From Candidatus Methylomirabilota bacterium (GTDB taxonomy: Bacteria; Methylomirabilota; Methylomirabilia; Rokubacteriales; CSP1-6): 59,411 nt of DNA. The notes under the pieces were generated by a model, which saw nothing but the letters and a program-made list of their open reading frames with translations, was not told the origin of the DNA and did no database searches. Both the position numbers and the translations under genes were made by a program. This document shows, one piece after another, positions 17,975 to 27,279 of the stretch. The stretch is from NCBI GenBank assembly GCA_035260325.1, contig DATFVL010000144.1:1-59411 (forward strand), read 5' to 3'. How positions within the stretch are numbered: position 1 is the first letter of the stretch; each line of letters starts with the position of its first letter.

Positions 17975-19104
17975 TTCACCGGCCACCTTGAGACGAGTCG
18001 ATCGATCAGCGGGAAGAGCACGGCGCGCGCCGCGCGAAAGCTGTAGCGCTCCTCGCACCTCTGCCGCGCCGCTGCGCCGAGCGCCGCGGCCTCGGCCGGA
18101 CGCGCGAGGAGGTCGCGGATCGCCTCGGCGAGCGCGCCGACGTCTCCCGGCGCGACGACGCGGCCGCAGCCCGCGAGCATCTCCGGGATCATCGAGACCG
18201 CCGTGGACACGATCGGGCGGCCGAGCGCCATCGCGTCGAGGAGCTTCGCCGGCACCTGGGCGAGCGTGTCCGGGGTCGCGCGCTGCGGCACCGCGACGAC
18301 ATCGGCCGCCGCGAGGTAGCGCGGCACGTCCTCGAACGGGACTTCCCCCGTCACCCTGATGTCCGGCCGTCCGGCCCAGCCGCGCGCGGCCGCGCGCTCG
18401 GGCCGGGCGCCCACCAGGGCGAGCACGACGTCCGGACCGAGGCGCCCCACGGCGGCGACAAGGTCGTCGACGCCCTTGTAGGCCCTGGGCGTGCCCAGGA
18501 ACATGACGACACGCCGGTTCCCCACACCGAGCCCCGCGCGCGCCCACGCCGGGTCGTAGCGCGCCGGGTCCCAGGCGTCCGTGTCGCGCACGTGCGTGAC
18601 GAACGCGCCGCCGAAGCGCGCCTCCAGAAACCGCGACGCGACGAGGCGGGCGTCGGCGCGGCGGACGAGCTTCTCCGCCGTCCACGTCCAGGCGAGGCCG
18701 TTCGGGTCGGCGAGGTCGAGCGCCCGGCCCACGCGGCCCCACGCGCCCGACCGCTGGAAGAACCCGAGCTCCCAGTCGTCGATGTCGAGCAGGAGCGGCC
18801 GGCGGCGACGCGCGCGCGCGAGGAGCCCGACGCCGTAGCTCGTCGGCCGCGGCTTGGACGCGACCAGCACGTCGCCGTCCGCGAGGCGGAGCAGCTCGGG
18901 GATCGCCTTGAAGAAGCCGGGGTACTTCCCCGCCGGGACGCCGCGGTGGGCGACGTCGCCGCCCTGCGCGGGCTTCCAGAGCTCGGGGCCGAACTGCGGC
19001 CCGACGACCTCGACCTCGAAGCGCGGGGCCAGGAGCCGCGCCAGCAGGTCGGCGCGGCCCGTGGCGTTGTCCGCGAGGTCGAAGGCGAGGACGGAGATCT
19101 TCAC
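17971..19104 (-). CDS. Family 4 (GT-B) glycosyltransferase
   Basis: Track ORF 17971..19812 trimmed to GTG 19104 (VKISVLAFDL.., GTGA overlap with the upstream stop). The C-terminal half resembles GT4 (..MFLGTPRAYKGVDDLVAAV.., ..KLLDAMALGRPIVST..). Confidence 0.75.
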   Translation of the reverse strand: MKISVLAFDLADNATGRADLLARLLAPRFEVEVVGPQFGPELWKPAQGGDVAHRGVPAGKYPGFFKAIPELLRLADGDVLVASKPRPTSYGVGLLARARRRRPLLLDIDDWELGFFQRSGAWGRVGRALDLADPNGLAWTWTAEKLVRRADARLVASRFLEARFGGAFVTHVRDTDAWDPARYDPAWARAGLGVGNRRVVMFLGTPRAYKGVDDLVAAVGRLGPDVVLALVGARPERAAARGWAGRPDIRVTGEVPFEDVPRYLAAADVVAVPQRATPDTLAQVPAKLLDAMALGRPIVSTAVSMIPEMLAGCGRVVAPGDVGALAEAIRDLLARPAEAAALGAAARQRCEERYSFRAARAVLFPLIDRLVSRWPVK

Positions 19105-20222
19105 GCGCCCGGGGTCGCGAGACGGGCGTAGCGGGCCTCGAGGGCCTCGGCGACGCGGGCACCCGAGTACCGGCGCTCGACGAGCGTTCGCCCCGCGTCG
19201 CCGAGCCGCGCGCGCGCGCCCGGGTCGCCGAGGAGCCCGGCGAGCGCCGCGGCGAGCGCCGCCCCGTCGCCCGCCGGTACGAGAACGGCGTGCGCGCCGT
19301 CCTCCAGCACCTCCGGGACGACGCCCACGCGCGAGGCGATCAGCGGCCGGCCCGCGGCGAGGCACTCGAAGACGACGCGCGACATGCCGTCGGACTCGAG
19401 CGGGACGTAGAGCGCGATGTCGAGCGCCGCGAGGGCGCCCGGCGCGTCGTCGAGCCACCCCGAGATCGTGAACTGCTCCGCGAGCCCGGCGCGCCCGATC
19501 GCCTCCCGGACCGACGCCTCGGTGCCGCCCCGGCCGATGAACGCGAAGCGCGGGCGGAGACCCTCGCGGGCGAGCCGCGCCGCGGCCTCCACCACGACGT
19601 GGTGCCCCTTCATCACGCGGAGGCCTGCGAGCATGCCGACGAGCGGCCGGCCGGCCTCGCCGCCGAGCCGCCGCCGCGCCGCGGCATCGCCGGGCACTCC
19701 CCGATAACGCTCGGCGTCGGCGCCCCCGGGGAGCGCCGTGACGCGGTCTTCCGGGAGGAGCCCCGCCGCGACGTACTGCCCCCGGATCGCCTCGGTCACC
19801 GTCACGACCCACGCGGTCGCCCGGCGATAGAGCCAGCGGTTCGCCGGGTGCGGCCGGACGGCCTGCGCGATGTGCCGCGTCCGCACGAGGGGCTTCGGCG
19901 CGCCGCTCACGCGATTCGCGACGGCCGCGAGCCAGTGCTCCTTGCCGCGGTGGACGTGGACGACGTCCGCCTCGCGGAAGCGCCGCGCCAGCCGCCTCAC
20001 GTCGGCGACGTCGGCGCCTGGGGCGAGGCCGCTCGCGAACGCGAACGTCTCGATCCGCGTGACGCCCTCGCGGCGCGCCGGCTCCAGCACGCGTGCCTCG
20101 GTCCCGGCGCGGCAGCCGAGGGTGACCGCGTGGCCGCGCCGCTCGAGCTCGCGCGTGACGCGCGCCGCCCAGTAGGCGTCCGACGACCAGCCGCGGCAGG
20201 ACACGAGCTGGAGGATCCTCAC
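19101..20222 (-). CDS. Family 4 (GT-B) glycosyltransferase
   Basis: Track ORF 19101..20489 trimmed to GTG 20222 (VRILQLVSCRGWSSDAYWAARVTRELERRGHAVTL, GTGA overlap). The C-terminal part has ESDGMSRVVFECLAAGRPLIASRVG (E-x7-E type). Confidence 0.8.
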   Translation of the reverse strand: MRILQLVSCRGWSSDAYWAARVTRELERRGHAVTLGCRAGTEARVLEPARREGVTRIETFAFASGLAPGADVADVRRLARRFREADVVHVHRGKEHWLAAVANRVSGAPKPLVRTRHIAQAVRPHPANRWLYRRATAWVVTVTEAIRGQYVAAGLLPEDRVTALPGGADAERYRGVPGDAAARRRLGGEAGRPLVGMLAGLRVMKGHHVVVEAAARLAREGLRPRFAFIGRGGTEASVREAIGRAGLAEQFTISGWLDDAPGALAALDIALYVPLESDGMSRVVFECLAAGRPLIASRVGVVPEVLEDGAHAVLVPAGDGAALAAALAGLLGDPGARARLGDAGRTLVERRYSGARVAEALEARYARLATPGA

Positions 20223-21325
20223 GCGAGGCTCCGGTACACGCGCTCCACCGTGTCCAGCGAGCGCTCCGGGCTGAAGACGGTCTGCGCGCGCACCCGGCCC
20301 GCCAGCCCCATGGCGCGGCCGCGGTCCGCCGCGCCGAGGACCCGGGCGAGGGCGGCCGCGACGCTCTCCGGGCTGTCGTCCTCGACGAGGAGGCCGGTCT
20401 CGCCGTGGACCACGGTCTCCGGCAACGCGCCCACGCGCCGCGCGACGACGGGGCGCGCCGCGGCCATCGCCTCGAGGGCCGCGCGGCACGAGTCGTCGGA
20501 GCCCGCCGCCATCAGCGCGAAGCAGTCGGCCGCCGCGAGGAGCGCCGGGAGGTCGCGGTCCCGGTACCCGGTGAAAACGACCCGCGCCGCGAGCCCGAGC
20601 TCGGCGACGAGCTGCTCGAGCCGCGCGCGCGTCTCCCCCTTGCCGACGAGCAGCAGGCGCGCGAGGGGCATTCGGCCGAGGAGCTGGCGGAAGCCCGCGA
20701 GCAGGAGCTCGTGGCCGCGGTTCGGCGCCAGGCGCGCGACCGACACGATCACGGGCGAGTCGCCGAGCTTGAACTCCTCGCGGACCCGCCGCGGGTCGGC
20801 GTCCCCCGCGAAGCGCGGCAGGTCGGCGGCGCCGGGGATCCAGAAGACGCGCTCGTGGGGGATGCCGACCTCGCGGCAGCGCGTCTCGATCTGGCGCGAG
20901 ACCGCGAAGACGCCCGCCGTCCGCCGATAGAGGCCAGCGGCGAGGCGGTCGCGCTTCACCGCGCGCAGCGTGTGGAACGTGCGCACCACCGTCGCGCGGC
21001 CGCGGCCCCGGCCCGCGGGTCGCGCCACCAGCGCGAGCCAGTGATCGTGCGAGTGGTGCGCGTGGACGAGATCCACGCCCTCGCGCCGGATCACCGCCCG
21101 GAGCCGGAGCGTATCGCGCGGGAGGGCGCCCGGGTGGAGCCGGAGGCCCTCGACCAGTTCGAGGCCCGCCTCACGCGCCTTCTGCTCGAACCGGTCGCCC
21201 GGCATGACGCCGAGGAGCACGCGGTGGCCCCGGTCGCGGAGACCTCGCACGAGCTGGATCGTCGGGTCCGCGCTCCCCGTCCACCAGCGGTTCGCGACGA
21301 GGTGGAGGACGGTGAACGGCTTCAG
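20219..21325 (-). CDS. Family 4 (GT-B) glycosyltransferase
   Basis: Track ORF 20219..22204. The domain begins at LKPFTVLHLVANRWWTGSADP.., and the only start codon at that point is CTG 21325 (CTGA overlap with the waaF stop). The next in-frame canonical start is GTG 21391, 66 nt upstream inside waaF. The start is therefore uncertain. Confidence 0.75.
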   Translation of the reverse strand: MKPFTVLHLVANRWWTGSADPTIQLVRGLRDRGHRVLLGVMPGDRFEQKAREAGLELVEGLRLHPGALPRDTLRLRAVIRREGVDLVHAHHSHDHWLALVARPAGRGRGRATVVRTFHTLRAVKRDRLAAGLYRRTAGVFAVSRQIETRCREVGIPHERVFWIPGAADLPRFAGDADPRRVREEFKLGDSPVIVSVARLAPNRGHELLLAGFRQLLGRMPLARLLLVGKGETRARLEQLVAELGLAARVVFTGYRDRDLPALLAAADCFALMAAGSDDSCRAALEAMAAARPVVARRVGALPETVVHGETGLLVEDDSPESVAAALARVLGAADRGRAMGLAGRVRAQTVFSPERSLDTVERVYRSLA

Positions 21326-22323
21326 CGCCGTGCTCCGCAGAGCGCCTCGACGCGCTCCCTCACGCGCTCGGCGGAGATCAAGCGCATACACGGGTGATCG
21401 ATCGGGCACGTCCGGTAGAAGCACGGCGCGCACGGCACGGGACGCGCGAGGACCGTCACCGGCCCCCGCGGGGCGCTCCACGCCGGGTCGGTGGGGCCGA
21501 AGAGCGCGACCACCGGCCTGCCGAGCGCCGCCGCCAGGTGCGCGACGCCGGTGTCGCCGGCGACGAGCGCGTCGAGCTCCGCGAGGAGTGCCGGCAGGAG
21601 GGCCGGACTGTCGCGTCCCACGAGGCTCGGCGTGGGCACCTCCGCGCGAACCGCCTCGGCGGCCCGCACGTCCGCCGGGGCCCCGAGGAGGACCGGCGAG
21701 CCCCCCGACGCACGGAGGGCCCGGCAGAACTCGACGACCCGCTCGCGCGGCCACACCTTGGCGCTCCCGAACTCGGCCCCGAGGTGGACACCGACGATGG
21801 GTCCTCGTCCGCCGTGCGCGGCGGCCTCCGCGAGGAGCGCGCGCGCCCGGGCGCGTTCGGCCGAGTCCGCGCTGGGCGGCTGGAGCCGCGGCACGCCGTC
21901 GGCCACGCGCGCGCCGAGCCGCTCGACGAGCAGGCCGTACTCGTCCGCCTGGTGGAGGCGCGGGTCGGGCGGCGCGACGGGATCGCTCAGGAGCCAGCTC
22001 CGCCCGCCCCGCGCGTAGCCGATCCGCCGGCGCGCCCCCCAGTACACCGCGGCCAGCGCGGCCTCGAGGGAATTCGGCAGGAGCACGGCCGCGCCGGCGC
22101 CGAATCTCCGCACCTCGTCCGCGGCGCGCAGCCGGCCGCTCCAGGCGCGCGGATACGCCACGAGCACGTCGGCGAGCCCCTGGCCGGCCAGGAGCGGCGC
22201 CCACGGACCCGCGAGGAGGATCCGCGCGTCGCCGAGCGCCGCGCGCAGCGCGCGCAGCGCCGGTACCGCCATCACGGTGTCGCCGAGCCAGTTCGGCAGG
22301 CGGACGCTCAGCTTCTCGAGCAC
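21322..22323 (-). CDS. waaF: LPS heptosyltransferase II-like (GT9)
   Basis: Track ORF 21322..24144 trimmed to GTG 22323 (VLEKLSVRLPNWLGDTVMAVPALRALRAALGDARILLAGPWAPLL). This resembles the WaaF N-terminus (..GPSWVGD..M....L........I.V.AP.W..PLL). It overlaps the lpxK end by 16 nt. Confidence 0.8.
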   Translation of the reverse strand: MLEKLSVRLPNWLGDTVMAVPALRALRAALGDARILLAGPWAPLLAGQGLADVLVAYPRAWSGRLRAADEVRRFGAGAAVLLPNSLEAALAAVYWGARRRIGYARGGRSWLLSDPVAPPDPRLHQADEYGLLVERLGARVADGVPRLQPPSADSAERARARALLAEAAAHGGRGPIVGVHLGAEFGSAKVWPRERVVEFCRALRASGGSPVLLGAPADVRAAEAVRAEVPTPSLVGRDSPALLPALLAELDALVAGDTGVAHLAAALGRPVVALFGPTDPAWSAPRGPVTVLARPVPCAPCFYRTCPIDHPCMRLISAERVRERVEALCGARR

Positions 22324-23399
22324 GTACGTCCGAAGGCCGCCTGCCACGCGTCCTCGCCCGAGGTCAGGACGAGCCTGATCGCGAGGACCCACAGCGGGCG
22401 GCGCGGGAGTGGGAGCTTGCGCAGCCGGACCCAGTCTTTCTCGGTCGTGACGAGCACGTCGGCGTCGAGCTCGCCCGCGAGGGCGTCGAGCCGCGCGACG
22501 TCGTCCGCCGCGTACCAGTGGTGATCGGCGAACGGCACGAGCTCCGCGAGTGTGACGCCGCTCGCCTCGAGCGTGGCGGCGAACGCGCGGGGCACGGCGA
22601 TGCCGGCGAAGCCGAGGACGCGCTTGCCCGCGAGGTCGCCGAGGCTCACCGGCCGCATCCGGCTCGCCTCCCAGCACTCGGCGGGCACCACGCGCGCGGT
22701 GAGGACGGGCACGCTCGGGGCGACGCGCGCGACGGTCTCCACGACGTCCCGCGCCTCGCCCAGCGTCGCCGCCCCCATGGCGACGACGAGGTCGGCGCGC
22801 GCGAGCGCCGCGAGCGGTTCCCGCAGCGGCCCGGCGGGCAGCAGCCGGCCGTTGCCCCACGGGTCCGACGCGAGCGCCATCACGACCTCGAGGTCCTTCG
22901 TGAGCGTCCGATGCTGGAAGGCGTCGTCGAGGACGATCGCGGTGACACCGAAGCGCTCGATGGCGAGGCGCGCGGTCGCGTAGCGGTTGCCGCCGACCAC
23001 GACGGGCACCCCCGGCAGGCGCCGCGCGAGCAGGAACGGCTCGTCGCCCGCCTCCTCGGCGTCGAGCCTGATCGAGGCCGCGTCGGCGACGACGTGGATG
23101 CCGCCCGTGCGCCGGCCGTAGCCGCGGCTCACGACGGCCGGCCTGTGGCCGAGGGCGGTGAGCGTCTGCACCGCGACCTCGACCGCGGGCGTCTTGCCGG
23201 TGCCGCCGACGGTCAGGTTGCCGATCGAGACGACGGGGACGCCGACGGAGCGCGACTTCAGCACGCCGCGCGCGTAGAGCCACTCGCGCGCGCCGAGGAG
23301 CCCGCGGTAGCCGCCGCCCGCCGCCGACAGGAGGCCCCCGGCCCCGCGTCCGAAGCCCTCCTCCCAGCCGCGCGTGAGCCGCGAGCCGCGCTCGCTCAC
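22308..23399 (-). CDS. lpxK: Tetraacyldisaccharide 4'-kinase
   Basis: Track ORF 22308..24344 trimmed to GTG 23399 (GTGA overlap with the waaA stop). The P-loop context VSIGNLTVGGTGKTP is typical of LpxK. Confidence 0.85.
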   Translation of the reverse strand: MSERGSRLTRGWEEGFGRGAGGLLSAAGGGYRGLLGAREWLYARGVLKSRSVGVPVVSIGNLTVGGTGKTPAVEVAVQTLTALGHRPAVVSRGYGRRTGGIHVVADAASIRLDAEEAGDEPFLLARRLPGVPVVVGGNRYATARLAIERFGVTAIVLDDAFQHRTLTKDLEVVMALASDPWGNGRLLPAGPLREPLAALARADLVVAMGAATLGEARDVVETVARVAPSVPVLTARVVPAECWEASRMRPVSLGDLAGKRVLGFAGIAVPRAFAATLEASGVTLAELVPFADHHWYAADDVARLDALAGELDADVLVTTEKDWVRLRKLPLPRRPLWVLAIRLVLTSGEDAWQAAFGRTCSRS

Positions 23400-24679
23400 C
23401 CGGCCGCCCCCGGGAGCAGGAACCGGGCGGCCAGGTCGAGCGTCTCCTGGACGGCGCCGTGGCGCGACGCGACCGCCTCGTAGCCGGCCTCGCCGAGCTT
23501 CTGCCTGAGGTCCGCGTCGGCGAGCAGGCGCGCCAGCTCGCGGCCGAGCTCGTCGCCGTCGCGGACGACGAGCGCCGCGCCCACCGTCTCGAGGAGCGTC
23601 GCCGCCTCGCGGAAGTTCGTCGCGTGCGGACCGAAGAGCACCGGCTTCCGGCGGAGCGCCGCCTCGAGCATGTTGTGGCCGCCGGCCGGCACGAGGCTCC
23701 CGCCGACGAACACGACGTCGGCGACCGAGTAGAGCGGGGCGAGCTCGCCGACCGTGTCGAGCACCACGATCGCGTGCCGCTCGCGGGCGCGCGGCAGCGC
23801 GCTCCGGCGGACCACGGGGAAGCCGCGCGCCGCGACGAGATCGGCGACCTCGTCGGCGCGCTCGGGATGCCGGGGCGCCAGGACGAGGCCCAGGCTCGGG
23901 AACTCGCGGCGCGCGCGCTGGTGGGCGTCGAGAACCATCGCCTCCTCGCCGCGATGCGTGCTGCCGGCGATCCAGACCGGCTGGCCGGGCTCGAGCCCGA
24001 GCATGCGCCGCCAGAGATCCACCGAGCCCGCGGTGTCGGGCAGCGGCTCGTTCTTGACGTTCCCGGTGACCACGACGCGCTCCGGGTGGGCGCCGAGCGC
24101 GATGATCCGCCGCGCGTCCTCGGCGGACTGCATCGCGAAGACACGGACGCCGTCGAGCACCCGCGCCATGAACGGCCGGATCAGGCGATAGCGGCGGTAC
24201 GAGCGGTCGGAGATCCTGCCGTTGGCGATCATCACCGGGATGCGACGCGCCGCGAGGGCGCGCAGGAGGTTGGGCCAGAGCTCGGTCTCCATGCACACGA
24301 GGAACGCCGGGTGGAGCGCGTCGAGGAAGCGCCGCACCGCCCACGGCAGGTCGATCGGGAAGAACCGGTGGGTCGCGACGCCGGCGTAGCGCTCGCCCAC
24401 GACGCCGGCGCCCGTCGCCGTCACCGTCGTCACGACCAGCGGCAGGTCCGGGCGCAGGCGGTGCAGGCCCTCGACGAGCGGCGCCGCGGCGATCGCCTCG
24501 CCGACGGAGACCGCGTGCAGCCAGCCCGCGCGCGGGCCGGGCGCGGGCCGCGAGGCGCGCAGGGCGAGGCGGTCGCGGAGGTGGAGCGGGACGCCTCGGC
24601 GGAGCCGGCGCAGGAGCGCCGCCGGCGCGTAGACGAGCACCAGCGCCACGCCGGCGAGGAGGGTGTACGCGGCGTACAT
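23396..24679 (-). CDS. waaA: 3-deoxy-D-manno-octulosonic acid (Kdo) transferase
   Basis: Track ORF 23396..25168 trimmed to ATG 24679 (MYAAYTLLAGVALVLVYAP.., a membrane anchor). WLHAVSVGE motif and GT30 core. The ATG shares one base with the upstream stop (TGATG). Confidence 0.9.
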   Translation of the reverse strand: MYAAYTLLAGVALVLVYAPAALLRRLRRGVPLHLRDRLALRASRPAPGPRAGWLHAVSVGEAIAAAPLVEGLHRLRPDLPLVVTTVTATGAGVVGERYAGVATHRFFPIDLPWAVRRFLDALHPAFLVCMETELWPNLLRALAARRIPVMIANGRISDRSYRRYRLIRPFMARVLDGVRVFAMQSAEDARRIIALGAHPERVVVTGNVKNEPLPDTAGSVDLWRRMLGLEPGQPVWIAGSTHRGEEAMVLDAHQRARREFPSLGLVLAPRHPERADEVADLVAARGFPVVRRSALPRARERHAIVVLDTVGELAPLYSVADVVFVGGSLVPAGGHNMLEAALRRKPVLFGPHATNFREAATLLETVGAALVVRDGDELGRELARLLADADLRQKLGEAGYEAVASRHGAVQETLDLAARFLLPGAAG

Positions 24680-25338
24680 CAGGCGCCCACCAGGTGGTCG
24701 GCGGCCACGGTCGCCTCGTCGAGGGCCCGCGCGACCTCCTTCGTCGCCCGCTCGCGGTCGGCGTCGCGCGCGACGCGGAGGGGCGCGCCGAAGACGAGGG
24801 CGCAGCGCGCGAACGGCAGCGGGATCATGAGCTCGTCCCAGCTCCCCAGGCGATACGCGGGCCGCGCCGCGACGGCGAGCGGCACGATGGGCGCGCCCGT
24901 GAGCGCGGCGAGGGCGACGACGCCGGGCCCGACCTGGCCGCGCGGCCCGCGGGGCCCGTCCGGAACGAGGGCGACGTCGTGGCCGCCCCGGAGCCGCGCG
25001 AGCAGCGCGCGCGCCGCGTCCCCGCCCCCGCGCGAGGAGGAGCCGCGCACCGATGGCAGCCCGAAGCGGCGTGCGTAGCGCACGGCCAGGTCGCCGTCCT
25101 CGGACCGGCTCGCCAGGATCGTGACCGGCCGGGCGCCGCGGGTCGCCGCGAGACGCCGGTGCAGCCACGGGACCATCAGGATGCGGCCGTGCCAGACGGC
25201 GTAGATGAGCGGCTCGCCCGCCGCCCAGCGAGGCGTGAGGCCGTCGGCGCCCGTGACGGTCACGCGCAGCGTGGCGCCGAGGAGCCGCACCGCGGCGGCG
25301 GCGAGCGGCGGCGCGAGGCCGCCGAGGGCCCGGCTCAC
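24679..25338 (-). CDS. DUF374-like protein (lysophospholipid acyltransferase-like, function unknown) embedded between lpxB and waaA
   Basis: Track ORF 24679..26100 trimmed to GTG 25338 (GTGA overlap with the lpxB stop). The 219-aa product ..PLIYAVWHGRILMVPW....ASRSEDGDL......G...VRGSSSRGG.......L..G....L.PDGPRGP matches my recollection of the DUF374 family. No HX4D acyltransferase block is seen. Confidence 0.7.
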   Translation of the reverse strand: MSRALGGLAPPLAAAAVRLLGATLRVTVTGADGLTPRWAAGEPLIYAVWHGRILMVPWLHRRLAATRGARPVTILASRSEDGDLAVRYARRFGLPSVRGSSSRGGGDAARALLARLRGGHDVALVPDGPRGPRGQVGPGVVALAALTGAPIVPLAVAARPAYRLGSWDELMIPLPFARCALVFGAPLRVARDADRERATKEVARALDEATVAADHLVGA

Positions 25339-26480
25339 CGCCCCGCCTCGGCGAGGACGAGCCGCGCCGCGCGCGCGCCGACGCCCGGCCGGCCGAGCTC
25401 TCCCGCGAGCTCCCCCAGGGCCGCGCGCTGCGCGGCGAGCGCGCCGGGCGTCTCGAGGAGCGCCAGCGCCTCGCGGCCGAGATTCTCGCCCGACGCCGCC
25501 CCCTGGAAGAGCTCGGGGACCACCGCGCGCCCGAGCGTCAGGTTCGGCAGGCTGAACCAGGGCACGCGGATCAGGAGGCGCGCGACGAGCGCGGAGAGCG
25601 GCGAGAACCGGTAGCAAACGACCATCGGCGTGCCGAGCACGCCCGCCTCGAGCGTCGCCGTGCCCGACGTCACCAGCACGAGATCGGACGCGCGCATGAC
25701 GCCGTACGTGTCCCCGCCCACCACCTCGATCCGCGGCGCCGCGCCGAGACCGCGCCGCACCGCGGCCGCGTCCACGGTCGGGGCGAGGGCCAGGAGAAAG
25801 CGCGCGTCGGGCCGTGCGCGCGCCACGATCGCCGCGGCCTCGCGCATGAGCGGCAGCGCGCGCTCGACCTCCTCGCGCCGGCTTCCGGGCAGGAGCCCGA
25901 TCACCGGCGCCCCCGCGTCGAGGACGAGGCCGCGCCGCGCCGTCGCCCGGTCCGGCGCACCCGCCACGGCGTCGAGCACCGGGTGGCCCACGAACTCGAC
26001 CGGCACGCCGGCGCGGCGATACATCGCCGCCTCGAACGGGAACACGGCGAGCACGAGCGAGATGCGCCGGCGGATCGTCCGCACGCGGCCGCCGCGCCAC
26101 GCCCAGATCTGGGGCGGGATGAAGTAGACGACCGGCACGCCCGCGCGGCGCGCCGCGCGCGCCAGGCGCAGATTGAACTCGGGGAAGTCGATGACGACGA
26201 GGACCCGCGGGCGCCGCGCGCCCTCGAGGGCCGCGCGGAGCCGCCGGTACGCGCGCAGCAGGAGCGGCACGCGCCCGGCCGCTTCGCTCGCGCCCGTCGC
26301 GGCCGCCGCCGTCACGTCCACGAGCAGCTCCATTCCCGCCGACGCCATCCGCGCGCCTCCCATCCCGAAGAGCCGGCAGCCGGGGCGCTCGGCCCGGAGC
26401 GCCCGGCAGAGCGCGGCGCCGTGCAGGTCGCCCGACGCCTCGCCCGCCACCAGCATGATGTCGAGCGCGGCCGCGCCCAC
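25335..26480 (-). CDS. lpxB: Lipid-A-disaccharide synthase
   Basis: 381-aa ORF. The N-terminus ..IMLVAGEASGDLHGAAL is characteristic of LpxB (GT19). Confidence 0.9.
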   Translation of the reverse strand: MGAAALDIMLVAGEASGDLHGAALCRALRAERPGCRLFGMGGARMASAGMELLVDVTAAAATGASEAAGRVPLLLRAYRRLRAALEGARRPRVLVVIDFPEFNLRLARAARRAGVPVVYFIPPQIWAWRGGRVRTIRRRISLVLAVFPFEAAMYRRAGVPVEFVGHPVLDAVAGAPDRATARRGLVLDAGAPVIGLLPGSRREEVERALPLMREAAAIVARARPDARFLLALAPTVDAAAVRRGLGAAPRIEVVGGDTYGVMRASDLVLVTSGTATLEAGVLGTPMVVCYRFSPLSALVARLLIRVPWFSLPNLTLGRAVVPELFQGAASGENLGREALALLETPGALAAQRAALGELAGELGRPGVGARAARLVLAEAGR

Positions 26481-26481
26481 G

Positions 26482-27279
26482 TCAGGCTCCGACGAGCGCG
26501 ATGCCGGCCGCGTCCGCCCGCCGCACGCTCTCGTCGCGATCGAGGAGCAGCACGCGCCCCGCCTCGACCGCCACCACGGCGGCTGCCCCCGCCGCGGCAG
26601 CGTCCACGCTCTCGGGCCCGATCGTCGGCGTGTCGAACCGGTAGTCGTGGTCGCGCGCCACGGCCTTCACCACGACCGCGCCGGGGCCGGCGAGCGCCGC
26701 GCCGCGGCGGATCGCCTCGGTCGTCCCCTCGATCGCCTCGACGGCGGTCACGGCGCCGCGCCGCACGACGACCGTCTGGCCCACGCGCGCGTCCGCCAGG
26801 AGCCGCGCGAGCGCGAGCCCGCGCTCGACGTCCCGCTGCTCCTCGTCCGTCGGCTGGCGCGCGGACCAGCAGCCCGCCGCCGCCAGGCCGTCGCCGAGGA
26901 ACGGCCGCTGGTCGAGGACCGTGATGCCCATCTCGGTGAAGGTCGCCACGACGACCTCGATGAGGCGCACGTCGAGCCGCGAGCCGGCGCGCGCCTCCAT
27001 GGCGTGCGCCGCCGCGTCGCCCGGGCGCGCGCCGAGCGCGTCGCGGGCCGAGAACCGCCCGGAGAAGAGCGCCGCGGTCACACCCGCGTCGCGGAGCCCC
27101 GCCAGCACCGCGCCCGGCTCGGCGAGCCGGCTCGGGATCGTGCGCTCCGCGTGGCGCTCCACGCCGGGCGCCTCGCCGAAGGTGAAGGCCACGACGCGCC
27201 AGCCCTGGCGCCGCGCCTCCGCCGCCATGCGCGCCGGCAGGACGCCGGCGCCGCACATCAGGCCGAGCGCCCGCTCCAC
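26482..27279 (-). CDS. lpxI: UDP-2,3-diacylglucosamine pyrophosphatase LpxI (DUF1009 family)
   Basis: Track ORF 26482..28200 trimmed to GTG 27279 ([22 protein letters not shown], resembling the ..LGLIAGGG.LP start of LpxI). ATG 27258 is an alternative start. It sits in the lpxA-lpxI-lpxB position. The C-terminal part has DYRFDTPTIGPESV. Confidence 0.8.
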   Translation of the reverse strand: MERALGLMCGAGVLPARMAAEARRQGWRVVAFTFGEAPGVERHAERTIPSRLAEPGAVLAGLRDAGVTAALFSGRFSARDALGARPGDAAAHAMEARAGSRLDVRLIEVVVATFTEMGITVLDQRPFLGDGLAAAGCWSARQPTDEEQRDVERGLALARLLADARVGQTVVVRRGAVTAVEAIEGTTEAIRRGAALAGPGAVVVKAVARDHDYRFDTPTIGPESVDAAAAGAAAVVAVEAGRVLLLDRDESVRRADAAGIALVGA

